From Mobula hypostoma (lineage: Eukaryota): a stretch of DNA of 64,000 nucleotides. The notes beneath the pieces are model-generated. The model saw nothing but the letters and a program-made list of their open reading frames with translations. It searched no databases and was not told where the DNA came from. Shown piece after piece: positions 1-12,889 of the stretch. The DNA is taken from the NCBI RefSeq assembly GCF_963921235.1, contig NC_086097.1:106518001-106582000 (forward strand), written 5' to 3'. Numbering within the stretch: position 1 is the stretch's first letter; every line of letters starts with the position of its first letter. The translations under genes were made by a program, and so were the position numbers.

Positions 1-1330
1 GTCAATAGCAAACTTATAGATGGTGCTTGTGCCATGCCTAGCCATACAGTGGTGGGTGTAGACAGCAGAGCAGTGCTCTAAGCACACATCCTTGATGTGC
101 ACCAATGTTAATAGTCAGCGAAGTGGAATTGCTATGCTTGATCCACACAAACCATAGAAAAACTACAGCACAGAAACAGGCCTTTTGGCCCTTCTTGGCT
201 GTGCCGAACCATTTTCTGCCTAGTCCCACTGACCTGCACACAGACCATATCCCTCCATACACCTCCCATCCATGCATCTGTCCAATTTATTCTTAAATGT
301 TAAAAAAGAACCTGCATTTACCACCTCGTCTGGCAGCTCATTCCATACTCCCACCACTCTCTGTGAAGAAGCCCCCCCTAATGTTCCCTTTAAACTCACC
401 CTTAACCCATGTCCTCTGGTTTTTTTCTCCCCTTGCCTCAGTGGAAAAAGCCTGCTTGCATTCACTCTATCTATACACATCATAATTTTATATACCTCTA
501 TCAAATCTCCCCTCATTCTTCTACGCTCCAGGGAATAAAGTCCTAACCTATTCAACCTTTCTCTGTAACTGAGTTTCTCAAGTCCTGGCAACATCCTTGT
601 AAACCTTCTCTGCACTCTTTCAACCTTATTTATATCCTTCCTGTAATTTGGTGACCAAAACTGAACACAATACTCCAGATTCAGCCTCACCAATGCCTTA
701 TACAACCTCATCAAAATATTCCAACTCTTATACTCAGTACTTTGATTAATAAAGGCCAATGTACCAAAAGCTCTCTTTACAACCCTATCTACCTGCGACA
801 CCACTTTTAGGAAATTTTGTATCTGTATTCCCAGATCCCTCTGTTCTACTGCACTCCTGTGGTCTCCTGGTGAGGAAGTCAAGGGTTCGGTTGCAGAGGG
901 AGGTATAGAGGCCCAGATTATGGAGCTTTTTGATTAGAACTGGGGGTATGATTATGTTGAACGCTACACAGCAGTCAATAAAAACTATTGTCCGGGGTGA
1001 GTGGAGAGCCAGTCAGACTGCATCCTCTGTAGACCCATTGTGGTGATAGACAAACTGCAGCGGGTCCAGATCCTTACATAAAAGTTGATTTTAGCCATGA
1101 CCAACCTCTGAAAGTTCTTCATCACAGTAGACATGAGTGCTGCTTCTCTTATTGACTATCATCCGATAGTCACTGAGGCAGCTTACCCTGTTCTTCTTGG
1201 GCACGAGTATGATTGTAACTCTGAACTAAATATGTCCTCAAACACTCCTGCCTGTTGGTTGGCTGGTTGGTTGTTCCAACATGAGGAGGGGCTGTACTGG
1301 ACCTGGTGTTTGGTAATGAGCCTGATCAGT
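1..1330 (-). mobile_element. Degraded Rex1/Babar-like LINE RT fragment, interrupted by the CR1 at 151-858
   Basis: Minus-strand translation near 40-140 gives 'LTINIGAHQGCVL', matching 'TLNTGAPQGCALSP' of the intact RT at 35774-37495; similar decayed sequence resumes after 859. Confidence 0.6.
151..858 (-). mobile_element. 5'-truncated CR1 LINE 3' end (family 'D', same as 53055-58547)
   Basis: ORF 220..882 has the CR1 ORF2 C-terminal motifs 'LEYCVQFWSP', 'ERVQRRFTRM' and 'LGLYSLERRRMRGDLIEVYKI'; 3' hairpin plus TTCTATGG-type tail at about 151-200; near-identical to 53070-53780. Confidence 0.92.
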
Positions 1331-1334
1331 TGAC

Positions 1335-2660
1335 CGACAATTCAGTGGATGAACAGTTGGGGAGCAGTGATCACAACTCCTTAAGTTTTAAGGTAGTTAT
1401 TGATAAGGATAAGTATGGGCCTTGTGGGAGAGTATTAAATTGCAGCTGTGAAAATTATGAGAGCATGAGGCAGTAACTAGCAATTAGGAACAGCTGTTTT
1501 TGTGCAAGTCTACATCTGACTCACGGAGTATGCTTCAAGACCAACTGCACAGAGTACAGGACAGGTATGTGACAGTTAGAAAGGTCAAGGATGTCCTTGA
1601 ATGTCAAGAGAGGTGATCAATTCAGTCAAAAAGACAAAGGTTTAGTAGGAAGCTAGAATCATTGTCCTTGAGAATTATAAAGAAGCCGGAAAAGAATTCA
1701 AGAAAGGAATTAGGAAAGCCAGGATGGACTGTGAAAAGTCCTTGGTAAGTAGGATTAAAGAGAATTCCAGGACATTCTATACATACATCAAGAGCAAGTG
1801 GATAACTAGTGAGAGGGTAGCACCACTCAGGGATAAGGTGGGGGGGGGGGGGAGAAAACATTCTCTTGGATGAAGAGGATGTGAGTGAGGTCCATAATGA
1901 GTACTTTACATCAGTATTTACTAAGCAGAAGGAAGTGGAGGATAGGGAGATCCGTGTTGAGCATATTGATATGCTAGGGAATTTCAAAATGAAAAAGGAA
2001 GTAGTGTTGCTTCTCTTAAAGAGCATTTAGAGGTGGGTGTTGCATGGGCCTGATGGGATATATCCAAGATTATTGAGAAAGGCAAGGAAAGAGATTGCTG
2101 GGGCCTTGACCAATATCTTTGTGTACTCCCTAGCCAAAAGCGAGGTCCCAAGGGACTGGTGAGTAGCTAATCTTGTTTCATTGTTCAAGGAAAGAACCAG
2201 GGATAATCTTGGAAACTATAGATCAGTGAGTTACCTGAGAGAGTTCTTAGGGATAGGATTTATGAGCATTTAGAAAACCATAGCCTAATTAACGACAGCC
2301 AGCGTGGCTTTGTGCAGGGCAAGTCATGTCTTACTAATGTAAGTGTGATTTTTGATGAGATGATGCTGGTGATTGATGAAGGTAGCGCTGTGGATGTTCT
2401 CTGGATGGATTTTAGCAAGGTGCTTGACAAGATCCCTCATGGGAGGCTCAAACAGAAGATTAAGTTTCATGGAATCCATGGTGAATTGGCCGTTTGGGTT
2501 CAGAATTGGGTTGCCCAGAGGAAACAGTAGTGATTGAAGGGACTTATTCTAGCTGAAAATCTGTGATATGTGGTGTTATGCAGGGATCTGTACTGAGACC
2601 TCTGCTGTTTGTGATGTATATAAATGACTTGGATAAAAATGTAGATGGGTGGGTTAATAA
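1335..2660 (+). mobile_element. Old degraded CR1 ORF2 fragment
   Basis: 'QGKSCLTN...DFSKVLDKIPHGRL' (ORF 2312..2530) and decayed linker motifs; many stops and frameshifts. Confidence 0.85.
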
Positions 2661-3867
2661 AACAACTTGGAGTTAAAAGCAACACTGTCCAGATCAAATG
2701 AAAAATATAGGAGGCCAAATTGACACAGAGCAACAAATATTAGTAAAAAGAATTATTTAAAGAATGAGCAAGGAAGATAAAGGAAAACTGAAAGTTGATG
2801 TAGATTAGGTCAAATTTCAAATTAAAAAAGCAGGTATTTAGCACTTACAATAACGATCCGGAAAAAGGTAGAAATAGTAGATAACTTAAGGACGAGGAAC
2901 TTCTCCATTGGCTAATGGAGAATAAATAAAACGAAGCATGAATGAGAAAGACTGGTCTTGCATCATTAGCAATAAGGGACAAGTGAAACATGGGATAGGG
3001 CCAATAATGGAACCATTGAATGACGACTCATACAGCATAGAAACAGTCTTTCATTCTAGTAAGACAACGCTGGCCATCATCTTCCCATTTCTATCAGTCC
3101 CATAATCCCATTTTATCCTCCCCAATGTTTGAAGAAGACAAGGACATCGTGCAAAACAGGGTGACTACAGTATATTGTATGCGAAGTATCCTTTATAGAG
3201 TAAGTGATATTGGGAATATATGATCACGCAGAAGAGTGGGACTAAATTAGAGGAAAGAAATCGTGTGAACTTGGTGTGCATACAGAACTAACAGTGTAAG
3301 TTTATGCTCAGAAAGGTGATACCAAAGGTTTATTTAAACATGAGGCATAAAGCATGACTTCAGTTTACATAACAGTCTTATGTCTTGTGGTCTTATGGTC
3401 TTAACGATGAGTATGCAGAATTCAGCTAAAGGGAACATTTTCCATGATAGAAGTGACTTCCTGTTTCAAAATGTGTATCAGAATAATACTGAGCAATTAG
3501 CCTTAATGTAGGTGTTAATATGTGAGTAAAGCTTATTCTGAGAAACACTCGTAAACACTTGAGTATAGCAACAAATTTCTGTAAGGTCAGACAAACTTGA
3601 TCAACCTGAAAGAAGTAGATCGTGGAAATAAAATAGTTGATAGGTTTTTAAAAATACAGGCAATACATGCTGAATTGTGGCACAATAGGATTTGAGAAAT
3701 TTAATATCTGGTATAGAGATACAGATATTTGCAAGCAAAATGTGATGAATGTCATAAAGATATTCTCATGCATAGTATGGAGAGGGTGATGCATGAAAAC
3801 TGATACTGAGGGCATATCACTTTACAATACGTAAAAATAATTAGAAACTGAGAACAAAATTGAAATG

Positions 3868-3966
3868 ACTGCATACTTTTATGCAATGAGTTGCTGCTAC
3901 ATGATTGGCTGATAAGAGATTCGCATTAATGAGCAGGTGTACTTAATAAAATGGACACTGAGTGTA
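3868..3966 (+). mobile_element. Terminal fragment of a Tc1-derived non-autonomous element
   Basis: Ends in CAGGTGTACTTAATAAAATGGACACTGAGTG followed by TA, resembling a Tc1-type TIR; no partner end is visible. Confidence 0.45.
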
Positions 3967-4809
3967 GATGCTGTGAGGTAATTGTATGCAAATAAATAGA
4001 ATAGAAATTTGGTAAAGTATCTCAATCAAAATAAAGTGGTAAACCATCCATAAGTTAGAAAATAAAGTTACTATGGTTGTTGTAATCATTAACCACTTAT
4101 AACTTCCCTCCATCAAAGTTTGTATAAGTAACCACACAGATAAAGAAATATCTCACAGCAATGTTACATCTACTATGCTAAAGATGACATCCCATCCATC
4201 ACAAGCACACCATGGCTATAGTATGTGTACCCTATCTGCACATTTGCAATGCCCCAAGCCTTAACTTCCAAACTGTTGCCTTCCACCAACAAGGACAAGG
4301 GTAGCTGTCACCTGTCAACAATGTCACCTAAAATTGCTCTCCAATTTGTACACAATCCCGACACGGAAATACCTCACCACTCTTTTATCACTGTTGGAAT
4401 AAAATTCTGGGTCTAGGTATCCAATAGCCCTGTAAATATTTCTTCACTAGAAGACTACATTGATATGGAAACATCATCACTGGAAGGACTGCTCTGGTTC
4501 AGAAGTCCAGCCATTGCTGAGTGCTATTAGGAACGGGCAATTAATGATATTTTTACCATTGTTAAGATGGTAAATAGTTGTTTGAAAAATGGGAATACAG
4601 AAAGGTTGGTGGACAAGCAGAAGAGTGGGACTAAATTAGAGGAAAGAAACTGTATGAACTTGATGGGCTAGCTTCAATAACATGAATATCCAAGTACCAA
4701 TCCCATTTAAAAGTAGTGGAAAATCTCAGGGAATTTATTCATGACAGAACTTGCGGAGAGCAAAGGCAGCATTTCTCGAATGCACTTATTTCACATGGAC
4801 AAAGAGATA

Positions 4810-6371
4810 CAGGTTTTCCCCACCATCTGAAGGTAGTGTGTTCCTATGAAATGGTTCGTAAGCCGAAATGTTGTAAAGCGAAGAAGCAATTACCATTTAT
4901 TTATATGGGAAAATTTTGTGAGCGTTAGCAGACCCAAAAATAACCTACCAAGTCATGCCAAATAACACAACCTAACATAACAGTAACGTATAATAAAAGC
5001 AGGAATGATATGATAAATACACAGCCTATATAAAGTAGAAATACTTCCCTACAACGATTGCCTGCACAGATCTCCGTAACGAAAATCGCACGCAAGCGCT
5101 CTCGGTAGAAAATCTCATGCAAGTGCTGTTGGCATAAACACGCTCTCCAGTAACCTTTAAACTATGAAGCTGCCAAATCTACCAAATAACACGTAAAAAT
5201 ACACAGCCTATATAAAGTAGAAATAATGTATGTACAGTGTAGTATCACTTACGGGAATTGGGAAGACAGCGCCGAGCACACTGATGATGGTGTGTTAGAC
5301 TGAGTCATCGCAGGCTGGGTGGTGCAGTGGCCCCCACCCTCCAGGCCGCCGACCCGATACATTGCCGGGAAAAACGCAGGCGTCCAATGGTAGCCAGGAG
5401 GCACACAGCGCATAGTTAAGAAAAAAGCTGAAATAAACATGCTAATTAATTAGGTGCTGCCCGGCATGTAAATGTCGGTGCAGATCAGAGGTGATTGCTG
5501 ATTGCATCGCCTCTGGTCTGGGCCGACAATTACGTGCTAGGTGGCACCTAATTAATTAGCATGTTTATTTTGGCTTTTTTCTTAAAGATGTGCTGTGTGC
5601 CTCCCGGCTATCGCTGCGTTCACTGCGAATTGGTACAGTATCTGTCTGGGGCCCGGGTGTTGGGGTGGTGGGACTCGGGTGTCATCTCATTGTCGATCAG
5701 GGCAGGCAGCTGATCTCTGCCTCACCCGCCTCGATGTCGAAGGTCGAGGTTCATCGTCTGCTGTGGCTGATCTGGAAGGCTTGCTTGACTGCTGAGTCCT
5801 GCACATTTTTCTATCATACAGTTGTTTATAAGCACTCAAACCATCCTGCAAATATCCCCTAAATCTACGTATCCTTTCAAAATTAAAGTTGTACTTTATC
5901 ATTGCAGTGTAAATCTCACGTAGTTGCTTCACTTTCTGCATTCAGTTTTGATTGTTATCCTTTCCTCTTCCAATCGCATCAGCTTTTCATCTATCAGTTC
6001 ATGGGATGCCAAAACCTCTTCAACATCATCTTCGTCAACTTCCACAAGCCAAACTCACTTTGTCCTTGCTTCGTTCACCACGATCGAAACGCTTAATTAT
6101 GTCTAGTTTTACGCTAAGTGTAACACCCTTACTCTTTCAGGCACCTTAGAACTCGCCTTGCTAACGGCTGCTCAATGCAACGTGTTTAAGCAATGCCGTT
6201 CCGAATCTGGGGCAGAGCGGCTGCTCAGGGTGCGCTGCCTTTTATCGCGCACTGAATTTTTTTTTCGTAACAGTGAAAACACCTTCTGAAAGCGAAAGCA
6301 GGGTACTAATGTAGGTCTTTCGTAACAATGAGGTTTCGTAAAGTGAATGTTCGAAAAGCAGGGGACACCTG
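4810..6371 (-). mobile_element. Internally deleted Tigger/pogo DNA transposon
   Basis: Imperfect TIRs (CAGGTTTTCCCC... and ...GGGGACACCTG) with TA at 4808-4809; minus strand encodes a CENP-B/psq-like N-terminus 'KGVTLSVKLDIIKRFDRGERSKD' joined to a Tigger-like acidic C-terminus 'VEVDEDDVEEVLASH'; DDE domain absent. Confidence 0.75.
5391..5610. repeat. About 220-bp imperfect palindrome inside the Tigger remnant
   Basis: TAGCCAGGAGGCACACAGCGCAT..TTAAGAAAAAAGCTGAAATAAACATGCTAATTAATTAGGTGC.. is mirrored by ..GCACCTAATTAATTAGCATGTTTATTTTGGCTTTTTTCTTAA..ATGTGCTGTGTGCCTCCCGGCTA. Confidence 0.9.
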
Positions 6372-6399
6372 GTATCTGGCATTCTAGCTGGTTGCATCA

Positions 6400-6724
6400 T
6401 CATCTGGTATGGAGGGGAGAGGCCACTGCAGAGGTTCGGAAAAAGCTGTAGAAAGTTGCAAACTCAACCAGCTCCATCATGGGCACTAGCCTCCCCAGCA
6501 TTGAGGACACTTTAAAAGGCGGTGCCCCAAAGAGGCAGCATGCAGCATTAAGGACCCCTATCACCCAGGAATGCCCTCTTCTCATTGCTACCATCAAGGA
6601 GATGGTACATGTGCCTGAAGACACAAACTCTTATTGTAATTTATAGTTTTTTATTATGTATTGCAATATAATTTTGTCGCAAAGCAGCATTTTTCACGAC
6701 ATATTAAACCTGATTCTAATTCTG
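6400..6724 (+). mobile_element. Old Rex1/Babar-like LINE 3' end
   Basis: Decayed similarity to the C-terminal RT region at 37250-37450; ends AAACCTGATTCTAATTCT, a short tandem tail. Confidence 0.55.
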
Positions 6725-8026
6725 GAAGTTTCTACACAAACAATATATGAATAACAAACAGCAGTTGGTCACTCCTTAGTGACCAATATTGCAACTGTTG
6801 CATAGGTCACTATTAACTTGGTCAAGGAAGAAGACAGGATAGAATAGATGGAACCCACGCTATCTTAAATAGACATCTACTGACAAGGAATGAGTTAGAA
6901 AGAAAGGAAAGATTACGTGAGGACTCAAGCCGCAGGTTAGCTATGTATTTCAGTATACAGTTATACTGTACTGTGACTGAAAATCTACACCACACACCAA
7001 CCTAACAACAACATAATTCTCAGATTTTATGATTTCCAAATAGTTTTAATAACATTTATTGTAAATGAATTTTCTTTTACATCAGAATAAAATGAAAGAA
7101 TTACAGTATGTTTTACAATATATTTATAAATTATTCTACTTTTAATTTGCAAATTTAAGCCAAAAGAAACATACTCATTAAAATAGAAAAAAAATAATGT
7201 AATACTTTTATTCAGTGAGAAGGGTGCAGGGTAAATCTACTTTTACTCTACGTTAGTTATGAATCCTGATTTGACTGCTTATGCCAATTTGTAAGACTAA
7301 CCAGTGGCCACAGTGACATTTTAAAATCGAACATTCAGTTCAGAACCTGTTAAAAACATTTTTAACAAAAGAAAACATTACAGTCTGTTGCCGAAGTCCA
7401 GGTACTACAATTGGAACTGACAACCACAACAGATCTTCATCATGTTCAGTCATGTTCTCAATCAGTGCATTGCAGTTTCAAATGTAGTGCTTACATACTT
7501 CAAAAGCTATTTTTGCCAACAGACTATATATTTTTTCTTATACCTTGTATACCTTATTAACTTTATAATCTCAAAGACCCATGGACTAATGTTTTAATTG
7601 AAAATTATGACTTTGCCTCAAACCATCTGGTAAGTAAAGAAATAACTTGCATTATGTTCAGTTTGTTGGACATTGATTAATTGATTTCCTATTTCTCTGC
7701 AGTTTAGAAATATAGGTGAATTTGTGAGTGTTGACAATATGGTGCCTCACTAGATTTTACCACAGACTGACCGATTTTACTGCGATATGAAAATGTGATT
7801 AGCAGAAGCTAAATTTGAAAGGGGTAATGTCATGTTCAAGGGGTTGTGAGCCTCCTGAAAATGCTATCGGGCTCACAATGCAGAGGAAATTAAAATGACC
7901 GATTGCAATGCAGGCAGTGCAATAGTTTGAATGATTTCCAGGTCTTGCTTTAAATAACTTTGCCTTCCTTTGGGTGGTTACTCCAACTAATGCTCTATCA
8001 AGCACTGCACTACCTGTTATACAAGA

Positions 8027-8103
8027 AAAGAAACCTGCAGATACTGGAAATTTCAAAATAAATCACAAAATGCTGGAAATATTCAGCACATGTGGCAGTA
8101 TTC
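8027..8103 (-). mobile_element. Decayed PLE terminal (tail) fragment
   Basis: AAACCTGCAGATACTGGAAATTTC..CACAAAATGCTGGAAATATTCAGC resembles the PLE end at 61005-61085. Confidence 0.5.
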
Positions 8104-8421
8104 CTCCTGAACTGTAGAGAAGGCAGAGAGAAACTATTCCTCATCAACTCTCTTGCTTTTTAAATCTTTTTATTGAATTAGTACACAGAGTAAAACATAT
8201 AGCAACCAATACATTGTTAGAATATAAATATACAAGTAATATTAATACAAAAAAATACAGCATGTTAATTATAGAATAACAAGGTAATATAATTGTATAC
8301 TAATTTTCCATACATACCAATAGAACGAGAAAAAAAACCTACCGTGCAACTAACCTAACAAAGCAAAGCAATGGGCTAACTAGGTATATACTAGACTCGA
8401 ACAAATTAAACAATCACGTCC

Positions 8422-11400
8422 TCAAACCTGACCTCCACTAATAACAGATAAAATCCACAAAGGGATTGTATATATGGTCAAAGAGGAAAAAAAATAGATT
8501 AAATGAAAATATTGAATAAATGATCTCCAGGTCTGTTCAAATTTAACTGAAGTATCATAAAGATTACTTCTGATTTTTTCCAAATTTAGACACAGTATCG
8601 TTTGAGAGAACCAAAAAAATGTAGTTGGGGCATTAATCTCCTTCCAATGTTGTAGAATACATCTTTTCGCCATTGAAGTAAGAAATGCAATCATTCTACG
8701 TGCTGAGGGGGGTAAATTACTAGAAGTTTTGGGTAATCCAAAGATAGCAGTAATAGGATGGGGAGAAATATCACTATTCAGAACCTTTGAGATAACTTTT
8801 TGCAAAGACATTTTTAATATTTCCAGAGTAGGACAGGACCAAAACATGTGAGTCAAGGAAGCTATCTCCCCATGACATCTATCGCAAAGAGGGTTAATAT
8901 GAGAGTAAAAACAAGCTAATTTATCTTTAGACCTGTGTGCTCTATGGACCACTAAATTGAATTAAAGAGTGTTTGGAACAGTTAGAGGAAGTATTAACAA
9001 GTTGTAAAATATAGGCCCAGTCCTCAGCTGGGATAGTAAGACCCAATTCCCTTTCCCAGTCAGTCCTAATCTTGTCGAATGGAGCTTTTCTAAATTTCAT
9101 GATAGTATTATAATTAGTAGCCGTTACACCCTTCTGACACAGGTTGAGGTTGATGATAGCGTCTAAAATATTTGTGGGGGGTAACGCCGGAAAGGAAGAG
9201 AGTATGATATTTAGGAAATTTCTAACTTGCAAATATCTTTTTAAAAAAAAAGTGTTCTTGGTAAATTGTATTTGTTAGATAACTGTTCAAAAGACATAAG
9301 GGAGCCATCTGAAAATAAGTCAGAAAACCGTGATATACCATTAGTCTTCCAAATTTGAAAGGCACAGTCCATAGAGGAAAGGAGAAAAAATATATTGCCA
9401 ATAATAGGAATCGCTAGCACAAATTGATTAAGATCAAAAAATTTTCGGAATTGAAACCAGATACGTAAGGTATGTTTAACTATCAGGTTGCAAACCTGCT
9501 TATACCATTTCAAATCAGAAGGAAGAGAAGTTCCTAATATAGAGCCAAGTACATAGCCTTGAACAGAATGTAATTCCAATACTACCCACTTAGGAATGGA
9601 TAGTGTATCTTGGTCAAGTAACCAAAATTTCATGTGTCGAATATTAATTGCCCAGCAATAAAATCTAAGGTTAGGTAATGCCAAGCCTCCATCTCTCTTA
9701 GCTCTCTGTAGATGTATTCTACCCAACCTCGGGTTTTTATTTTGCCAAATAAATGAAGAGATTTTAGAGTTATTAATACGACCAGTCAAAGTTAAATAAA
9801 GTGGAGACCATTTAAAGGAAAGTTGTGTAATATGGTCAATTAAGGGTAAATAATTAGTCTTAAATAAATGCTTATGTTTACAGGTAATTTTAATCCCAAG
9901 ATATGAAAAATGATTATTAACCAATCTAAACGGCAGGTTCTGATATAAGGGAACTTGCTTATTAATGGGGAAAAGTTTACTCTTATTAAGATTTAATTTG
10001 TATCCTGAAAAAAGACTAAATTGGGCTAATAAATCTAGAGCTGCTGGGATAGATTTTTGAGGATTGGAAATATATAAGAGTAAGTCATCAGCGTAAAGTG
10101 ATACTTTATGAGACTTTAACCCACGAGTTACACCAATAATGTTAGGAGATTCTCGGATAGCAATTGCAAGTGGTTCTAATGCTATATCAAATAATAAAGG
10201 GCTAAGAGGACACCCTTGTCTGGTACCTTGAAATAGAGGAAAAGAGGGTAAGTTTTGAGTATTAGTACAAACTGACGCCATAGGAAAATGATATAACAAT
10301 CTGATCCAGGATATAAATTTCGGGCTGAAGTTAAACATTTCAAGCACCTTAAATAAGTAGGGCCATTCAACCCTGTCAAAGGCTTTTTCAGTGTCTAGGG
10401 AAATGACGCATTCAGGATCCGTTTGTGACGGCGTATAGACAATATTTAAAAGTGTACAAATATTATAAAAAGAGTAGCGATTCTTAATAAAACCCGTTTG
10501 GTCTTCCGAAATAATATAAGGAAGTGCTTTTTCTAGTCTATTTGCTAATGATTTAGAAAAAATCTTGGGAGTTAACATTTAACAAGGATATTGGTCTATA
10601 AGATGTGCATTGAGCGGGGTCTTTATCTTTCCTTAATATTAAAGAAATCGACGCTCTATAAAAGGATTCTGGTAGTTTATGAAGTTTTAATGAGGCCTCC
10701 AGAACCCTGGATAACCAGGGGATTAATGAGGATGCAAAATATTTTAAAAATTCCACGGTAAACCCATCAGGGCCAGGAGCTTTCCCCGAGTTCATAGAAA
10801 AAATAACATTCTTAATTTCATCAGTAGTGAAGGAAGTTTCTAACATAGAACATATATCGTGTGATATCTTGGGGAAATCTAGGTTATCTTAAAAAGTCAC
10901 ACACATGTTTAGAATCTCGTGGAGATTCTGATTGATATAAAGAGGAATAAAAATCAAAGAAGGATTGATTAATCTCAGCTTGATCAAACATCAGTTGATC
11001 TTTGATTATAAATCTGATTAATTTGAAATTTAATGGAGTTGGTCTTCAACTGATTAGTCAACAGTTTACCAACTTTGTCACTATGTATAAAATTCGCTTC
11101 TTGTCTTCATTAATTGATTTGCAATAGAGGACGAAAGTAATAAACTGTTCCATTTGAAGTTCAGTTCTTTGTTTATACAGCTTCTCAGAAGGAGCTGTAG
11201 CATATTTATCTATTTCCTTAATCTTGTCCACATGAGCAAGCTCTTCCTTCCTCAACCCTTTCCTCAAAGCAACAGAGTACAAAATAATCTGGCCACAAAT
11301 ATAAGCTTTAAAGGTATCCCAAAGGGTGTTCATAGATATATCCTCTGTACTGTTAATTGTAAAAAAAATCAATCTGTTCATTCATGAAGTTAACAAAATC

Positions 11401-12189
11401 CAAGTCCTGAAGCAACAGCGAATTAAAACGCCATTGTCTATTGTTATGAGCATTGGCCAATAATTTAATAGAAAGCTTAAGTGGAGCATGGTCCGAAATG
11501 GTTATAGAGTCATATTCACATTTAACTACTGAAGAAATAAGACACGAGTCAATAAAAAAATAATAAATTCTTGAGTAAGAGTGATGAACATGGGGAAAAA
11601 GAGAAGTTTTTTTCCTGGGGCTGTAAAAACTGCCAAATGTCCAATGACCCCGAATCTGAGAGAAATGAATTAATCAAGGTTGTGGATTTATTGGGTGCAG
11701 TCCGTATAGGGGCCAAACGGTCCAATAGTGGGGATAAACAAGTATTAAGATCTCTGCCCAGATTAGTGTAAACTCATTTAAATTTGGAAACATATTAAAT
11801 AACGATTTATAAAATTTCGGACAGTCCGAGTTTGAAGCATAAAGGTTGACCAGAACTACCTTTTTATTAAAAAGTAAACCACTAACCAGTAAAAATCTAC
11901 CATTCGGATCAGAGATAATATCCTGTTGCACAAATGTAATTGAGGGATCTATGAAAATAGAAACTCCTCTAACTTTGGCATTAGAATTCGAATGGTAATG
12001 TCCATCCTTCCAGAACTTAAAAAAAACATAATCTGTTCCCCCTCCGCACATGGGTCTCTTGTACAAATAGAATATGTGCTTTAAGTCTGCGGAATACTTT
12101 GAAGATTGTTTACTTTTAATTGGATGATTAAGACCATTAGTATTCCAAGAGACAAAATTAATAGTAGAATCCATAACCCCTAAAGTCAC
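8422..12189 (-). pseudogene. L1 ORF2 (APE endonuclease, RT, C-terminal CCHC), frameshifted
   Basis: 'SWNTNGLN' and 'DPNGRF' (endonuclease); 'GKAPGPDGF', 'YRPISLLN', 'TRQGCPLSPLLF' and 'YADD' (RT); 'CDRC..SLTHMFWSC' (zinc knuckle); spread over ORFs 11674..12189, 11058..11381, 10553..10846, 9241..10578, 8942..9232 and 8422..8952. Confidence 0.9.
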
Positions 12190-12889
12190 CCCTCAAATAA
12201 AGGGAGGATTGACAATAGATTCAACCCACGAACTCGGAAAGGGAACAGAGTAAATATGAGATAACGAGAAAGACAACGTGAAAAATACTTCAATAATATA
12301 TGAGTAGCCCAAGAAGGAAAAAAAATAAAAAGTGAAGCCCCCTCACTCCTGTAACTCCGAAGCTAAATCTAAAATAGACTGGCCAGATAGAAGCAAGCAC
12401 TAAATCTACCCCCATGACTTTCGATAAATGCTCATTAAAAGAAGTGTATATATAAAAAAAGATCAACTAAAGTTGTAAAACAGTAGAAGAGGGAAAAAAA
12501 TCAAGATGTACACCGACTAAAACGAAAAAGATATAATACAAAGAAAAAATAGATACATATTTTTTAAAAAAGTTGACATACACCAAACCGTATAATTAGG
12601 AAAGGAGATGAAATATCTGCATAGACTAGCAAAAAAAATTACGAAGTTTAAGGCTTCCAGGTATGTACGAAAAATGATGCTGTGGGAGTGGCCACCCAGA
12701 ATCCCCAGAGAAGAAGGAGGAATGACGCAGTTAAAAAAGAGTTTGGCAGCCATATTGATTAAACAAAAAAAAATTTCTGCCCTCAGATAGAACAAAAAAA
12801 AAAGAAAAAAAGAAAATAAAACCAGACAGATTAACACCCTCCAATCAGGCACTGATATTTTAACAGTGCAATTAGGATGTTGAAGGCAA

